Assembly: GCA_030265395.1 (NCBI GenBank)
Contig: JARFYF010000052.1
Coordinates: 76,237,936 to 76,301,935 of the forward strand
From: Rhina ancylostomus
Lineage: Eukaryota
Length of the DNA stretch: 64,000 bases
Reading direction: 5' to 3'
The notes below the pieces were generated by a model. The model saw only the letters and a list, made by a program, of their open reading frames with translations, searched no databases and had not been told where the DNA came from. Both the position numbers and the translations under genes were made by a program. Below, piece by piece: positions 11,311 through 23,281 of the stretch; positions within the stretch are counted from its first letter, which is position 1; every line of letters starts with the position of its first letter.

Positions 11311-13799
11311 GCTGTGGTCAGCAGCACCAAGTGGTGTGAGGTGAACTTTATTATACCAAGACTTGAAGTGTAGCAGTAGAGCAGAACTTCAGATCATACA
11401 CCCATTCTAACTCTCTTAATAAGGAAACTGCATCCATTCTCACCCTATGCTTTTATCCTCACAGGTCCAGCAAAGCCAAAGCATCCTGTCCTAGAAGGAA
11501 AGAATTACAAGGAAGACAGGAGGAGGATGAACACTTCCAAACAAAATGGTGAAAAAGAGCTGTCTTCTCATCCCTGCATATCACCATGCAGATTCTGATG
11601 TGGCAGGAAAGAGTGCATCCCCTTGCTTTCTTCCCCTTGCAAGAAAGAGCACTTTCTTGCTGTATCCTGGCTCCAACAGCCCTACCCTTAAATTACTACA
11701 CTCTTCTGCCTTGGGCAGTAGTGCTGATCCAAACATGGAGCAGTTGTAGTGGCAAAGCCTAGTAAGCAACCTGGTTGACTATCAATTCAGAGGCCAGAAA
11801 GTGTTCAGATGGAGTTTGAGGATGATAATTGCCACTTCTCCACTGGCAAAGGCTTGAAGGCTCCCAAGGAAAGATGGGGAATGTCACCCAGATTTAACAT
11901 ATTTGCATTTGGAAAGGCAACTGCTCCAGGAGCATGCCAAGTAAATACATAATTTGGGCTGTGTCACCAATCATTTGGAGCCATTTATAATGGGGTCACA
12001 AGGCATTTTTGTGAATTACAACAATTTTCATCAAGCCATCAGTGGTATCCTTGACCAATTGAAGAGTTGGTGTCAGGTTGGAGGACATAAAAAAAATTGT
12101 GGCATTGGCAAGTCAGCTGACAATCACGGCTACATGTCTAGTGTCATATCATTTGATGCCTCCCACATTTACCACTCCAACCCTAGAACTGGCATAAAAC
12201 AGACTGAGGTTGCTTCAGAGGTGCAGTAAGCATCAGCTACATTCCAGGTGCAAACTGCTATACGTTGAATAGCAGCTCAGCTTGATATCCCTTTTGCATT
12301 AAGTTGTTGGCCATCATGTCTAACTCATGTTCTTTATTTTTTGAAAAAAAATTGTTGGCAAAATATTATTTTAAAAAAATTGATTTTTGGCACCAAGCAA
12401 AAGGACAAGTTTTAGTAACAATGTGCACTTGCTGAGCACCTTTACTGCTGTACTTTCTCATTCAAGGGCTATAGTATGTGACAAAAGTGTGACCAGTTTA
12501 GTTAACATTTTTGTTTGGTTTTTTTTGCCTTTAACGGTTACTGTAAATTGTTCAATCAGCTGCAGTAACTCAATATAGATAACATTTTAAGAATGAATAA
12601 ACAAGTTTACAGTAAAATTCATTTGAAGTTGCAATAATTTTTAGTTTGATATTTAACCAGTAGTGCTGTCATGCTACCCTTTTGGCACAGCCACAGCTGT
12701 GAGGTTCACATTAAGATGTTCTATGTGGGTATATGCTACACCTTTTGTAGAGCAATTATGGAACTCATCATTATTTTTAGTTTGAACATTCACTTATTGA
12801 GGTTCAAAGCATGTCTGTGTTGTGTACTGTTGAATAAACATTAAATTGTCTTGCATTGCCTGATGTTGTCTTTTATGGCTACTTTCCCAGAGGGAACAGT
12901 CCACACTTATGGTTATTAGTTGTTGATGGAGCTCTGAAGGTGTGGCAATTAGTTGCTAAATATCTCTGCTAGGAACAGCCATCTGCCTTTTCTGGTGTTG
13001 ATTCCATGGAAATGGGCCACGTTGGGATCTTCTAACTCCTTGTGTTCTTGCATGTCTAAGCTAAGCTATTCCGCAAAGCCAAATTTGTCCTGTGTACAGA
13101 AAGCTACTAGAAGGATATCCTTTGTAGCATGTACTTGTGGACACCTGCTTGTTTAAGGGACTTGGTTGTGGTCCCTACCAGTCTTGTAGCTCCCTAGCTC
13201 ATCTGCAATGGAAGACGGAACAGTTTGGAGGTATTGAAATGGACAGCTAATCGAATGTTTAGCTTGATTAACATTTGATTAGCCTGGAGTTCTGGGTCTA
13301 AATGCATAACTTGCACATGACCATGTACCATGTTTTCTACTCAGAAATTCATGTGTTGTTCCCTCAACATGATCTTTACATCCTCTAGGTACAAGGGAAT
13401 AATACTGAGCACTAAATTTTTTTCAGTGGCTCACACTAGTGCCTGCTGCCCTTTATGCTGTTGTTTGTTTTGCATTTAAAACTAAATTGAGGAAGTCTGA
13501 GCATAACATTAACAACTTAATTCATTCAATATTTTGGAGAACATAAATTGCTGCAGAACTGAAGATGCAAGTGTGAAATTCATTGCTCAAAAGTAGTCAT
13601 AAATGTCATTGGTATAGGTGTTCTTTATACTCCAGCAAATAACAAACAGGATGAGATTTGACCCTGATAATAAAGGCAGTGGAGAGGGAGATGACTGGGC
13701 TTGCAAAATCAAGTAATAAAATCAGTTTTGATGGCACTAAGAAACAGCAAGGAGGATAAAACATCCCAAAAACGAAAGGTAATGTAAGGCAGAATACAA

Positions 13800-16215
13800 G
13801 TCAGAAATTTAGAGGGCCAGGTAAAGTGTATAGCAACAATCATGGAACTTTAATTTGTTTTGCCTAGTTTTATGTAGACTAGTTTGCAGGAAAACTTCAT
13901 GAAATGTATGCAAAATATTTTGCATCAATCAATTTTTTTTTATTTGCTGAGGAACAGGTTGGTTTAAATTGAGTATTGTGCAATGAGAAAGGGCTAGTTT
14001 GAAAGGGGTCTCTTTTGGGGAAGAATGATCATGGTAGAATATTATATTAAGATTTGAAAATGATTTGGTTCAATACAAGACCAGGGTCTTGCATCTAAAC
14101 AAAAACTTGAGTTTGCTATGGTTGGTCAGGGAGCTACAGTTTAACAGTGTAACATGTAAAGAATTAATGCATACCTTGCAACAAATTTTAAGGTACAAAA
14201 ATCCAACAGGAAAAATGGTCCTGTTAACAAGTAAGGAAGCTAAGCAAAGTATTAAGGAAAGGCTTATGTTGCCAGTAAGAGAAATAAGTCTGAGGATTGA
14301 GAACATCAGAATTCAGCATTTGAGGACCAAGGCACTAAGGAAGGGCCATGTGGAATATGGGAATAATTAATTAAAGTTACAAAAGATGGGTAAAAATGAA
14401 AAGATTAGCAAAACTTAAAACTGAAGAAATTAGAGGAATAAGTTGCAGATAAACTAAGGAAATACTTTACCTGCCTTCACAAAGGATGTAAAAATACCTC
14501 CCAGAAATAACAGCCTGAGTGAATATGGAATTAAAATAAATTAGTATTGGGGTGTTGGGAAGAGCATTGTAATCAAAGACAGACCTGATTACCACCTGTT
14601 TCAAAGGCTTGCAGGTTATGGTAATAGTGGTTATCATTTTCTTGAGGCCTATAAATTGAAGAATCCTTCCCACAAATTGGAAGGTTGCAAATTTAATCCC
14701 ACTAGTTAGGGAGTGAGAAAATGGGAAACTATATTTTTTCATTGTAGTTGACCTTGCATCAGTAGTGTGAAAATTGTAGGATCTTATTCAAGGAAGTGGG
14801 AACTGTGCACTTGTAAAAGATTGGACAGTTGATGCATATTTCTGAAAGGCAAATCTTTTTATTTCCTGAGATTGTAACTAATTGGATGGGTAAGGGGGAC
14901 CCAACTGATTGAGTATTGGACTTTCACAGGGTATTTGATAAGAAACCACACAAGGTTATTAAACAAAATTAGAACACATGGGATTGGAGATGATATACTG
15001 GTGTCAATGAGGATTGATTAACAGACAGAAGCCAGTAGGAATTAATGTAATTCTCTCATTTGGAGCTTGTAGCTGGTGGGTAGCCCAGAGATCAGTGTTA
15101 GGGCACCAGCTGATGGCACTGTGTGTCATTGATTTGGATGAAGGGATCAAGTGTAATATATCACATACTTTGATATGGCCTTGCACCTTATTGTCTGCCT
15201 GCACTGCACTTTCTCTGCAACTGTAACACTATATTCTGCTTTCTGTTATTGTTTTCCATTGTACTACTTTAATGTATGATTGTAATGAAATGATCTGTAT
15301 GGATGGCATGCAAAATAAAGTTTTTCACTATACCTTGGTGTATGTGACAATAATAAACCAATTTGCCAATCAAAATTTGTTGATGCAAAGCTGGGTGGCA
15401 GTGCGTTGTGAAGAGAATGAAGTGAGCCTTCATGAAGATGGAAAAAGGATAAATGAAATGGGGAAAGAAGATGGTAGATAGAATATAATATGGAAAATGA
15501 AGTTATCCACTTTGGTTTAAAAGAAATGGAAAGTTAATGATTATTGAATGGTAATAGATTTAAAAGCAGTGATGTATAGACTTGTGTGTCCTTGTATATA
15601 CATCATAAAGTTAGTATATAGGTACAGAAGGAAAACAGGAAGTTAGCCTTTATCACGAGGATTTAAGTGGAAAAGTCATAACATTTCTCTGAAATTGTAT
15701 AGGGCCCTGGTGAGACCGTATTTGGGCAATTATTTACAAGTTAGGTTTTCCTACTTAAGGAAATATATACTTTTATGACAGGGATGCAATGAAGGTTCAC
15801 CAGATTGATAACCAGAACGAGGAATTGTTCTACGAGATTTAAAATAAATTAGGTCTTTATTCCCTTGTGTTTAGAAGAATGAAAGGTGCTGATACTGAAA
15901 TATACAATATTTTTTTTGAGCTTAATAGGGTAGATGCTGGAATGGTTTATCTTGGCTGGGGTATGTAGAACCAGGGGTAATGGCCTGAAAGCATAGGATC
16001 AGCCAATTCAGAACTCAGGTGAGAAGAAATTTCTTTATTTAGAGGGCAGTGTCTCTTCAGGGTTCTCTACACAAGGGCAGCGAAGGCTCTGTGATAGTGA
16101 TTGACTCACTTTGTATTCAAAAATTATCAAGTCTTGTGCTGCTAACATAGGAAAGTGGCACTGAGGTTGAAGATCAACTACTATGTCACTGAATGGCCTG
16201 CTACTATTTCTTATA
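13800..16215 (+). mobile_element. Old, heavily decayed CR1-type LINE, interrupted at ~15163-15371
   Basis: Remnants of attggaaggttgcaaat (WKVAN), ttggactttcacagggtatttgataag (LDFxxxFDK) and DLDEGIKCNIS. Tail ends gaatggcctgctactatttcttat. Confidence 0.75.
15163..15371 (+). mobile_element. 3'-tail fragment of a second retroposon family (possibly Rex1-like) nested in CR1
   Basis: Ends gtgacaataataaaccaatt; a related copy lies on the minus strand at ~55570-55760. The family name is inferred. Confidence 0.6.
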
Positions 16216-16518
16216 AAGTGCTAACAAGTTGCATTTTTGAATGGAGGGACAAGTCCTGTGAATGAACAGCTGAGTGAAAGTGGTAGAAAAGGTTGGGGCA
16301 GGACTAATGTAAATCCAGTACAAACAATTTAGATGGCAAATGTAAATTGCTATTATGCTGAACTTGGGCCTTTCTGTTGGCCTAAATTTCCAGAAAAGTT
16401 TGTCATGGTGTTCATTGTACTTTTGGAAAGAGGGAAACATCAAATTTAGTGTTATATACCTCTAATTGAAAATGAACACGTATCATAAATTTCTGTTTTA
16501 ATGTATCATTTTTTTTAG

Positions 16519-16773
16519 ACCTTCCTCAGAACTGTGATCGCAACATTCCTTTAGTTGCTCAGGAAATAATGAAAAGAATGATTCGTCAGTTTGCAATTGA
16601 ATATATATCCAGAAGTNNNNNNNNNNNNNNNNNNNAACCTGGATCAGCCGATGAATCTTTTTCAGTCCCAGCTGATCCTCCTGCCAACCAAACCCAGAAC
16701 TCCTTGCACCAGGAGCAGGAAGGACCATTAGACCTCACTGTGAATAAAAATCAACAGAAATGTTTTCAACAAG
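16519..16773 (+). CDS. LCORL: LCORL shared coding exon with CtBP-binding motif PLDLT (contains a 19-N gap)
   Basis: Acceptor ttttttttAG and donor GTAATT at 16774. Translates (D)[32 protein letters not shown]...[20 protein letters not shown]. Overlaps ORF 16569..16781. Confidence 0.95.
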
Positions 16774-17127
16774 GTAATTAAATTGCTCTTCCACTTTAAT
16801 TGGGTTAGTTGGAGGGGAGGGGGGTAAGAATGGTGAGAATTTGCGCAAGTGTTTCGGATGCTCATTACGGAAGTAACTTAATGGAAACTTACTCTTAAAG
16901 TACCATCTTGTCAGTTTGGGTTCAAAGCCAGGTCAAAATTGATGTCATGAAAGTCACTGCCTCAACCTTATTCTAAGTAAATGTGTCTTAAAATTTAGAC
17001 AGTAAATTGGCAGTCTTGTACAAGGACTATATGTATTTGGTTTATTAAATAACTCAAAAGTCAAATAATGAAATCTTTTCTTAAAAAAAAATCAAGTTGC
17101 TTCAAATCCCTCATTCTTAACTAATAG

Positions 17128-17256
17128 TGATACGGCACAGAACAGGCCCCTTGGCCCACCAGACTCGTACCAACTATCAAGTACCCATCTATACTAATCC
17201 CATTCACCAGCACTTGGATCGTAGCTTCTGTGTCAAGGCGATTCAAGTGCTCGCTT
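17128..17256 (-). mobile_element. CR1/HER1 3'-tail fragment
   Basis: acggcacagaacaggccccttggcccacc is the reverse complement of the tail seen at 2741-2770. Confidence 0.75.
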
Positions 17257-17349
17257 AGGTTAGTATTGGTTTGCTATGGAGTTAAAACGTGGCATATTTG
17301 GAGCAAGTTGAATGAGATTGAACGTATCTTGTTTACAAATAGAATGCAA

Positions 17350-17885
17350 TAGGGGAGATGTGGCATGACAAAAATAATACTTATTTCACAATTCAAATAT
17401 AATGGAAAATGTTTTTGACTGTTCTTTAATGTAGTAGGGCTATGTTGGCAGACTACACATGTGCTTGAGATGTACAAAATTACAAGGGACACATATAGGA
17501 ACCTTCGAGGTCTCAGATCAGGGATAAGAGCTTAGAGGGGATCTGAAACAGAACTTTTTCACCCAGAGGGTGGTTGGAATCTGGAATGAACAACCTGAGT
17601 GGGTGGTGGAGACAGGTATTCTCACAAATTTAAGTATCTAGACAAACACTTGAATCACCAAGGCATGGAAGGCTGCAGACCAAGAGCTAGTAAATGGGAT
17701 TAACATAGATGGGTGCAACAAACAATCTGCTGGGGAAGGCGAGTATTGAGGAAGGATAGGTAGCTGTAGTGGCGGCTGATTCTGGCTTCTGCAGTCTCTT
17801 GCATGTGTCGTGTAGGTGGGTACTTGATAGTTGGCATGCAGGTGGTGAGCTGAAGGGGCTGTTTCTGTGCTGGATGACTATATGT
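17350..17885 (+). mobile_element. CR1/HER1 3' fragment
   Basis: aactttttcacccagagggtggttggaatctggaat (FFTQRVVGIWN) and tail gctgaaggggctgtttctgtgctggatgact. Confidence 0.8.
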
Positions 17886-18289
17886 AAGCTCAGAACGAGG
17901 AGTCAGAAGCAACTTGATCTTTTAAGATTTCATAATTTCCATGCTAAATTTCCTTGACTACAAAATTGGCCCTCATTACTTCTGAGTAATGGTTAAAAGG
18001 CAAAAGGATGTTCACAGAAAATCCATATTCTGTTTGAAGAAAGTCTGTTATTTTTGCCTTGAAATGTTGCCTTTTGTAACATAAAATAAAGGAGATAGAA
18101 TAAGAAATAGATGAAAAGGGTGCAAATAGTAGTATGTACACACAGGCAGTGGGGAGTCGGTGCAGGTAAGTTGCAGCAACGTAATTGAAGCTGTATATAA
18201 CAAAATCAATTGTTTAAAAAAGTAGGAAACATTAAGCTATTATTTATCTAAGTTCATCTATGTAATTAAATACAACAAGGTTACTGGCT

Positions 18290-18625
18290 AGGGGTAGCAT
18301 TGTAGTTATTGGACTGATGTCCAGAGATTTACTCTAATAAATCCAGAGAGAAATGTTTGAATTCCACCATGACAGCTGGGGAATTTAAATTCACATAATT
18401 AAATCTGGAATTAAAAAGCTATTGTTAATACAATGACCAAAAAACTGTTGGATTGTTGTAAAAACCTATTAATTTCATTAATATCATACAGGAAAAGGAA
18501 TTAATGTATTTACGCTGTCTCGTCTCCTTGTGACTCACAACCACTCTTAAATTGCTCTCAGGCAATTTTAGAGGATGAATAATAAGTGCTAGGTGCTGTT
18601 GACACCCATATGCCTTCAATGAATA
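18290..18625 (+). mobile_element. Decayed tRNA-derived SINE with LINE-type tail
   Basis: B-box-like gtttgaattcc, core ggggaatttaaattc...aaatctggaatt and tail ggcaattttagaggatgaataataagtgct. A related LINE tail lies at ~18960-19135. Confidence 0.5.
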
Positions 18626-20715
18626 TGTTCTTAAAGAACAGCAATGCAATGATCTTTAGGGAAGAGTGTTTAATCTAGAGTCCAAGATGCAAGCATTTTG
18701 AGGCTTGGTGAGAAGGAAGTTACTCAAGCACTTTGATTGTGGAGTCATTCATAGGTTAAGTGGTGTTACAGATCGGATTAATAGTCAGAAAGATCTCATG
18801 GGTCAGGCAGGTGTAGTGCTGGAGGAGTCAAAATTTTCTGATTAAAATCTCAACTACATAAAGCCACTATCCATCAGCTGAAAGGTTTTTGCTGCCTGTG
18901 TACATGAACTCCTAAGACCATGAGAATGCCCTACCTAAAGGTATCTCCTCAAGGCCCAAACTATCCTGACTTGAAAATATATCACTGCTCTTTCATCATC
19001 ACCTAGTCTAAATACTGTAATTTCCTACCCAGCAACAGTGAGGGAGTATCTTCACCTAAAGGACAGCAGCAGCTCATGGAGGTCATTTCCCAAGAGTAAT
19101 TACGGATAGGCAAAAAATGCTGTCCTTGCCAAGAATAAATTTATCAAAGTGATAATTGACAATGTGTAGCTGAAAGAGATGGGTGGGGCAGGCATTAAGA
19201 TTTATAGAGCAATTGGCCTATTACTGGGTTAATAGGAAGCATGGATGGGATGATCTTCATCTTAACCAAGTCTGGATGAGTTCTGACAGATTGAGGAACT
19301 AGTAAAAGGTTATAAGTTAATGAAGACAGGCTGGTATAGGAACATTCTGGAAAAGGTAAAATTAGTAACAGTAAATGAAATACTGCTGTTTCCAGAAAGG
19401 GCTAGGGGAAGGGAAGCTTGCTATATTGTTCTTGCACAGAACCTGCATGGACTTAATGGGCTGCGTGATCACTTTCTGCAAGATTTATGTAATTTTTCTG
19501 AAATCTTAAGACAGGATGGTGATTTGGGTTAAAAAAACACATATGAAGGGACAGCTTATGAAGGGACAAGCTTACAAAGGGTCTTTAGGCTTTTGGAACT
19601 AAGCTAGTCAAAAATAAAAAGTTTAAGCTTAAAGCAGTATTTTGATGCATAAAGCATTTACAGCAGAGTGAATCAATTAATGGGGTGGATTGAAATAAAA
19701 GTTTGACTAACAGTCATTACAGAGATATTTCAGAGTGATAAAAGTTTGGGACTAAATGTTTCTAGATAGGTAAAATAGAAAAGAGATGGGGTGAGCATGA
19801 TGAGGAGGTGNNNNNATAATAAAGGATGAGCAAAGACTGTAGAGATTAAAAAAGAAACTGTTGAGTAAAAAATACTTCAAAACAATTTAAAACATTTACA
19901 TGATGCTTACCTAGGACCTTCAGACCCATTCCTGTTCAAGGAAATAATATGGAATGACCCTGCAAGTACCCCCTCTCCACCTCAGGTGCAGCCAGTGAAT
20001 TGCACCAAAGTTGAAAGATGTAAAGTTATGAGGCTGCAGACAACAGACAAAAGGTTAAATGTGGTCAGGATTAGGTTTGGTGTTGTTTGAGCCATTTGTG
20101 TTTCTTGTAACCTTTGCTGAGAAAACAGGTGGTGAGGCTTGACTGTTGCTTATCTGTCTTGAGGCACACTTGTTTTAATAAATTGCGCAGTAGCGAGATT
20201 TGAGTAGGGCCTCTCTTAAAAGTGTTAAAGATGAAGTTAAGTGATGCTCCCATCTGTTGAGCTCCAGGGTACAAGAATCACTTTTCCAATATTGAAAAAA
20301 GGTTCCATGTAGTGACTGAGTGCAGTCGAAGTAAGATATGTTTATGGGGAGAGCTAGTTATAATTATTACATCATTTTAATTGCAACAAATGGGTTCTGG
20401 AAATGATCATGAATATTGAAGAGCAGTGCACAACCATAGATGAAGTATTATTGGTCACAGGAACAATAGGATTTGCCACAGTTGAGTGATTTATTTCAAT
20501 GATTCTTTTTCTTGCTAAGCCTTGAAGCTTCTTGCAATAAATAGCCCTAAAAATTGCAGTTAGGCCATTCTGGATGCAGGCTCATGAAGCTTAGGGTTTC
20601 TTTGATGCATGTCTCACTCTAGGTAAAGTCTATTGATACTTTTGAAGATTTCCAGCTTTTAGGTCCTTATTCTCAGGATAAAAGATAGAGAAATGCAGTG
20701 GGATTACTCAGGCAG

Positions 20716-22262
20716 ACACGAGACTGCAGATGCTGGAATCAGGAGCAATGAACAGTCTGCTGGAGTAACTCTGCAGGTCAGGCAGCATCTGTAAGGGAAG
20801 AGGAATTGTCAATGTGTTGGGTTGAAACCCTGCATTAGGACTGAGAGTGGAGATGGGTAATAGCTAGTAGAAAGTGGAGAAGGGGAGCAGGGAGCACGGC
20901 CACAGGTGATTGCTGGACCAAGGAGAGATGAAGGATGACAGGCAGATCGAGCCAGGGAGGGGAAGAGGGTGGGTGAAGTTTGAAGACAGAGGCAGGTGGA
21001 TGATAGATGGAGACGGACAAAAAAAGGAGACAGGTGGAGCCAGGCTGGGGGAGGAGAGGCTGAAGATGGAGACAGCTGGGAGGGTGATAAGCAGTAAAAC
21101 AAAGGCTACCAGTGCTGGAATCAGATAAGGTGATAATGGAAACCATTAGGCAAGAGGTAGGCAGATGGAACCAGAACCAGAAGGGTGAAGNNNNNNNNNN
21201 NNNNNNNNNNNNNNNNNNNNNNNNNNNNNNNNNNNNNNNNNNNNNNNNNNNNNNNNNNNNNNNNNNNNNNNNNNNNNNNNNNNNNNNNNNNNNNNNNNNN
21301 NNNNNNNNNNNNNNNNNNNNNNNNNNNNNNNNNNNNNNNNNNNNNNNNNNNNNNNNNNNNNNNNNNNNNNNNNNNNNNNNNNNNNNNNNNNNNNNNNNNN
21401 NNNNNNNNNNNNNNNNNNNNNNNNNNNNNNNNNNNNNNNNNNNNNNNNNNNNNNNNNNNNNNNNNNNNNNNNNNNNNNNNNNNNNNNNNNNNNNNNNNNN
21501 NNNNNNNNNNNNNNNNNNNNNNNNNNNNNNNNNNNNNNNNNNNNNNNNNNNNNNNNNNNNNNNNNNNNNNNNNNNNNNNNNNNNNNNNNNNNNNNNNNNN
21601 NNNNNNNNNNNNNNNNNNNNNNNNNNNNNNNNNNNNNNNNNNNNNNNNNNNNNNNNNNNNNNNNNNNNNNNNNNNNNNNNNNNNNNNNNNNNNNNNNNNN
21701 NNNNNNNNNNNNNNNNNNNNNNNNNNNNNNNNNNNNNNNNNNNNNNNNNNNNNAGGCGGAAAGGGGTGGGGAGGAGAAGATGTGGCTGGTGGTGGGATTA
21801 TGTTGAAGCCAGCAGAAGTGACGATGATGTGCTGGATGTGGAGGCAAGTAGGGTGAAAGCTGAGGACTTAGGGGATCTCTATTTCGAGGGAGTTGGGGTG
21901 GGAGCAGAAGTCTGAAAAACAGGAAATATGAAAGAAGGCTTGATTAACCACAGTTGAAGGGAAGCCACGTTTCCTGAAAAAGGATGACATTTTAGATGTT
22001 CTGGAATGAAACACCTCACCTTGAGACCAGATGCGATGGAGATGGAAAAACTGGGAGAAAGGGATGGCATCCTTACGAGAGACAGTGTGGGAAGAGTAGT
22101 AGTCTAGTGGACTGCGGGAGGTTTGGATTTATAGGAAATATCAGTGGCTAGTTTGTCTCCTGAGATGAAGACAGTGAGGCCTCGAAAAGGAGGTGTTAGA
22201 AAATAGTCCAAGTAAATTTGAGAACAGGGTGGGAGTTATTAGCGAAATTGATAAAATTAATG
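20716..22262 (-). mobile_element. Penelope-like retroelement fragment (RT C-terminal region plus terminal repeat; spans a 563-N gap)
   Basis: The minus strand at ~22075-21960 reads DAIPFSQFFHLHRIWSQGEVFHSRTSKMSSF/RKRGFP (with a frameshift), typical of the PLE RT C-terminus. Terminal motif agactgcagatgctggaatc...gcagcatctg at 20721-20791. Confidence 0.8.
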
Positions 22263-23184
22263 AATGCCACTGTTACATTGGCATTCCCGTGAACTTGAAG
22301 AGGAACCCAGTTGTTTTATTAATGTTCTCTTTTTTCATTCATGTAGAAGTTCTGGCAGTGTAGTAACTATTTTGCAAGTTAGCAACCCTGATGTGCCCAA
22401 GTAGTAATGATTTAGGAATACTCTATATTCATCGTTATATTGTTCGTCTTTCCAAAACAAGAAAATTATTTTCATAGAACTTTCACATAATTTTTCTTCA
22501 AATCAGATTAAATTTTCTTTAATTTTATTTTAATATCAGACATTTCAATTTTTCACCAATATTATGAATGATTTTAGTTGTTAAGTTTTAAGTGAAATAA
22601 ATAACCCACATGAAGTTATCTATTACTTTGGGGCAAGAAGCTCGTGATAGATTTTCATGGATTTGATGGAGAAAATATTTTCAGTCAGAGGTGGGTATTT
22701 GCTTTCTCTGCTTGCACTTACACCATCCTTGTGTACTACATATTAGGCTTACTTTGGTTATGTTGAATGTTTGAGCATTCTCTCTGCTTTAATAAGAGCT
22801 CGCCAATGGGGGAGACCCCAATTTCTTTGTAAAGAGTGAAAGCTAAATGTTCAGTTCCTTCCTTTTCATCCAGCGAGGTTGGTCATGTTGGAGATCCTCA
22901 GGTTGTTGGTGATGTTTTGGGACCCCATCTATTGATTTTTAATACACATTCAGTTTTATTCATAATTCAAAGATGTTTCTACTATTTAAAAAAAAGAGTT
23001 GAAATTATCAGTTGGCATCTATAAAGAAGATAGCATCTTCAGTCATTAACAGGAATTTTATCTGAAGACCTGAGTTGACAGGTTTGGTTTTGTTATTTAA
23101 TTAAAAGCAAACTGTCAATATTGCTGACGTTTAAACACCTTAAAGGCCTTTATTGTAGAAATATTGAACAAAACTTTCTGTTAG

Positions 23185-23281
23185 CAGATGGAGTGCTTGA
23201 TCTGTCAACAAAGAAGAATAGTATAAATTCCACACTATCAACTGGATCTTGTCCTACATCAACCACTACCAAATTATCAGG
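23185..23281 (+). CDS. LCORL: LCORL last shared coding exon with second CtBP-type motif VLDLS; NAGNAG acceptor (start 23185 or 23188)
   Basis: Acceptor ctttctgtTAGCAG and donor GTAAGT at 23282 (phase 2). Translates (A)DGVLDLSTKKNSINSTLSTGSCPTSTTTKLSG. Confidence 0.93.
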
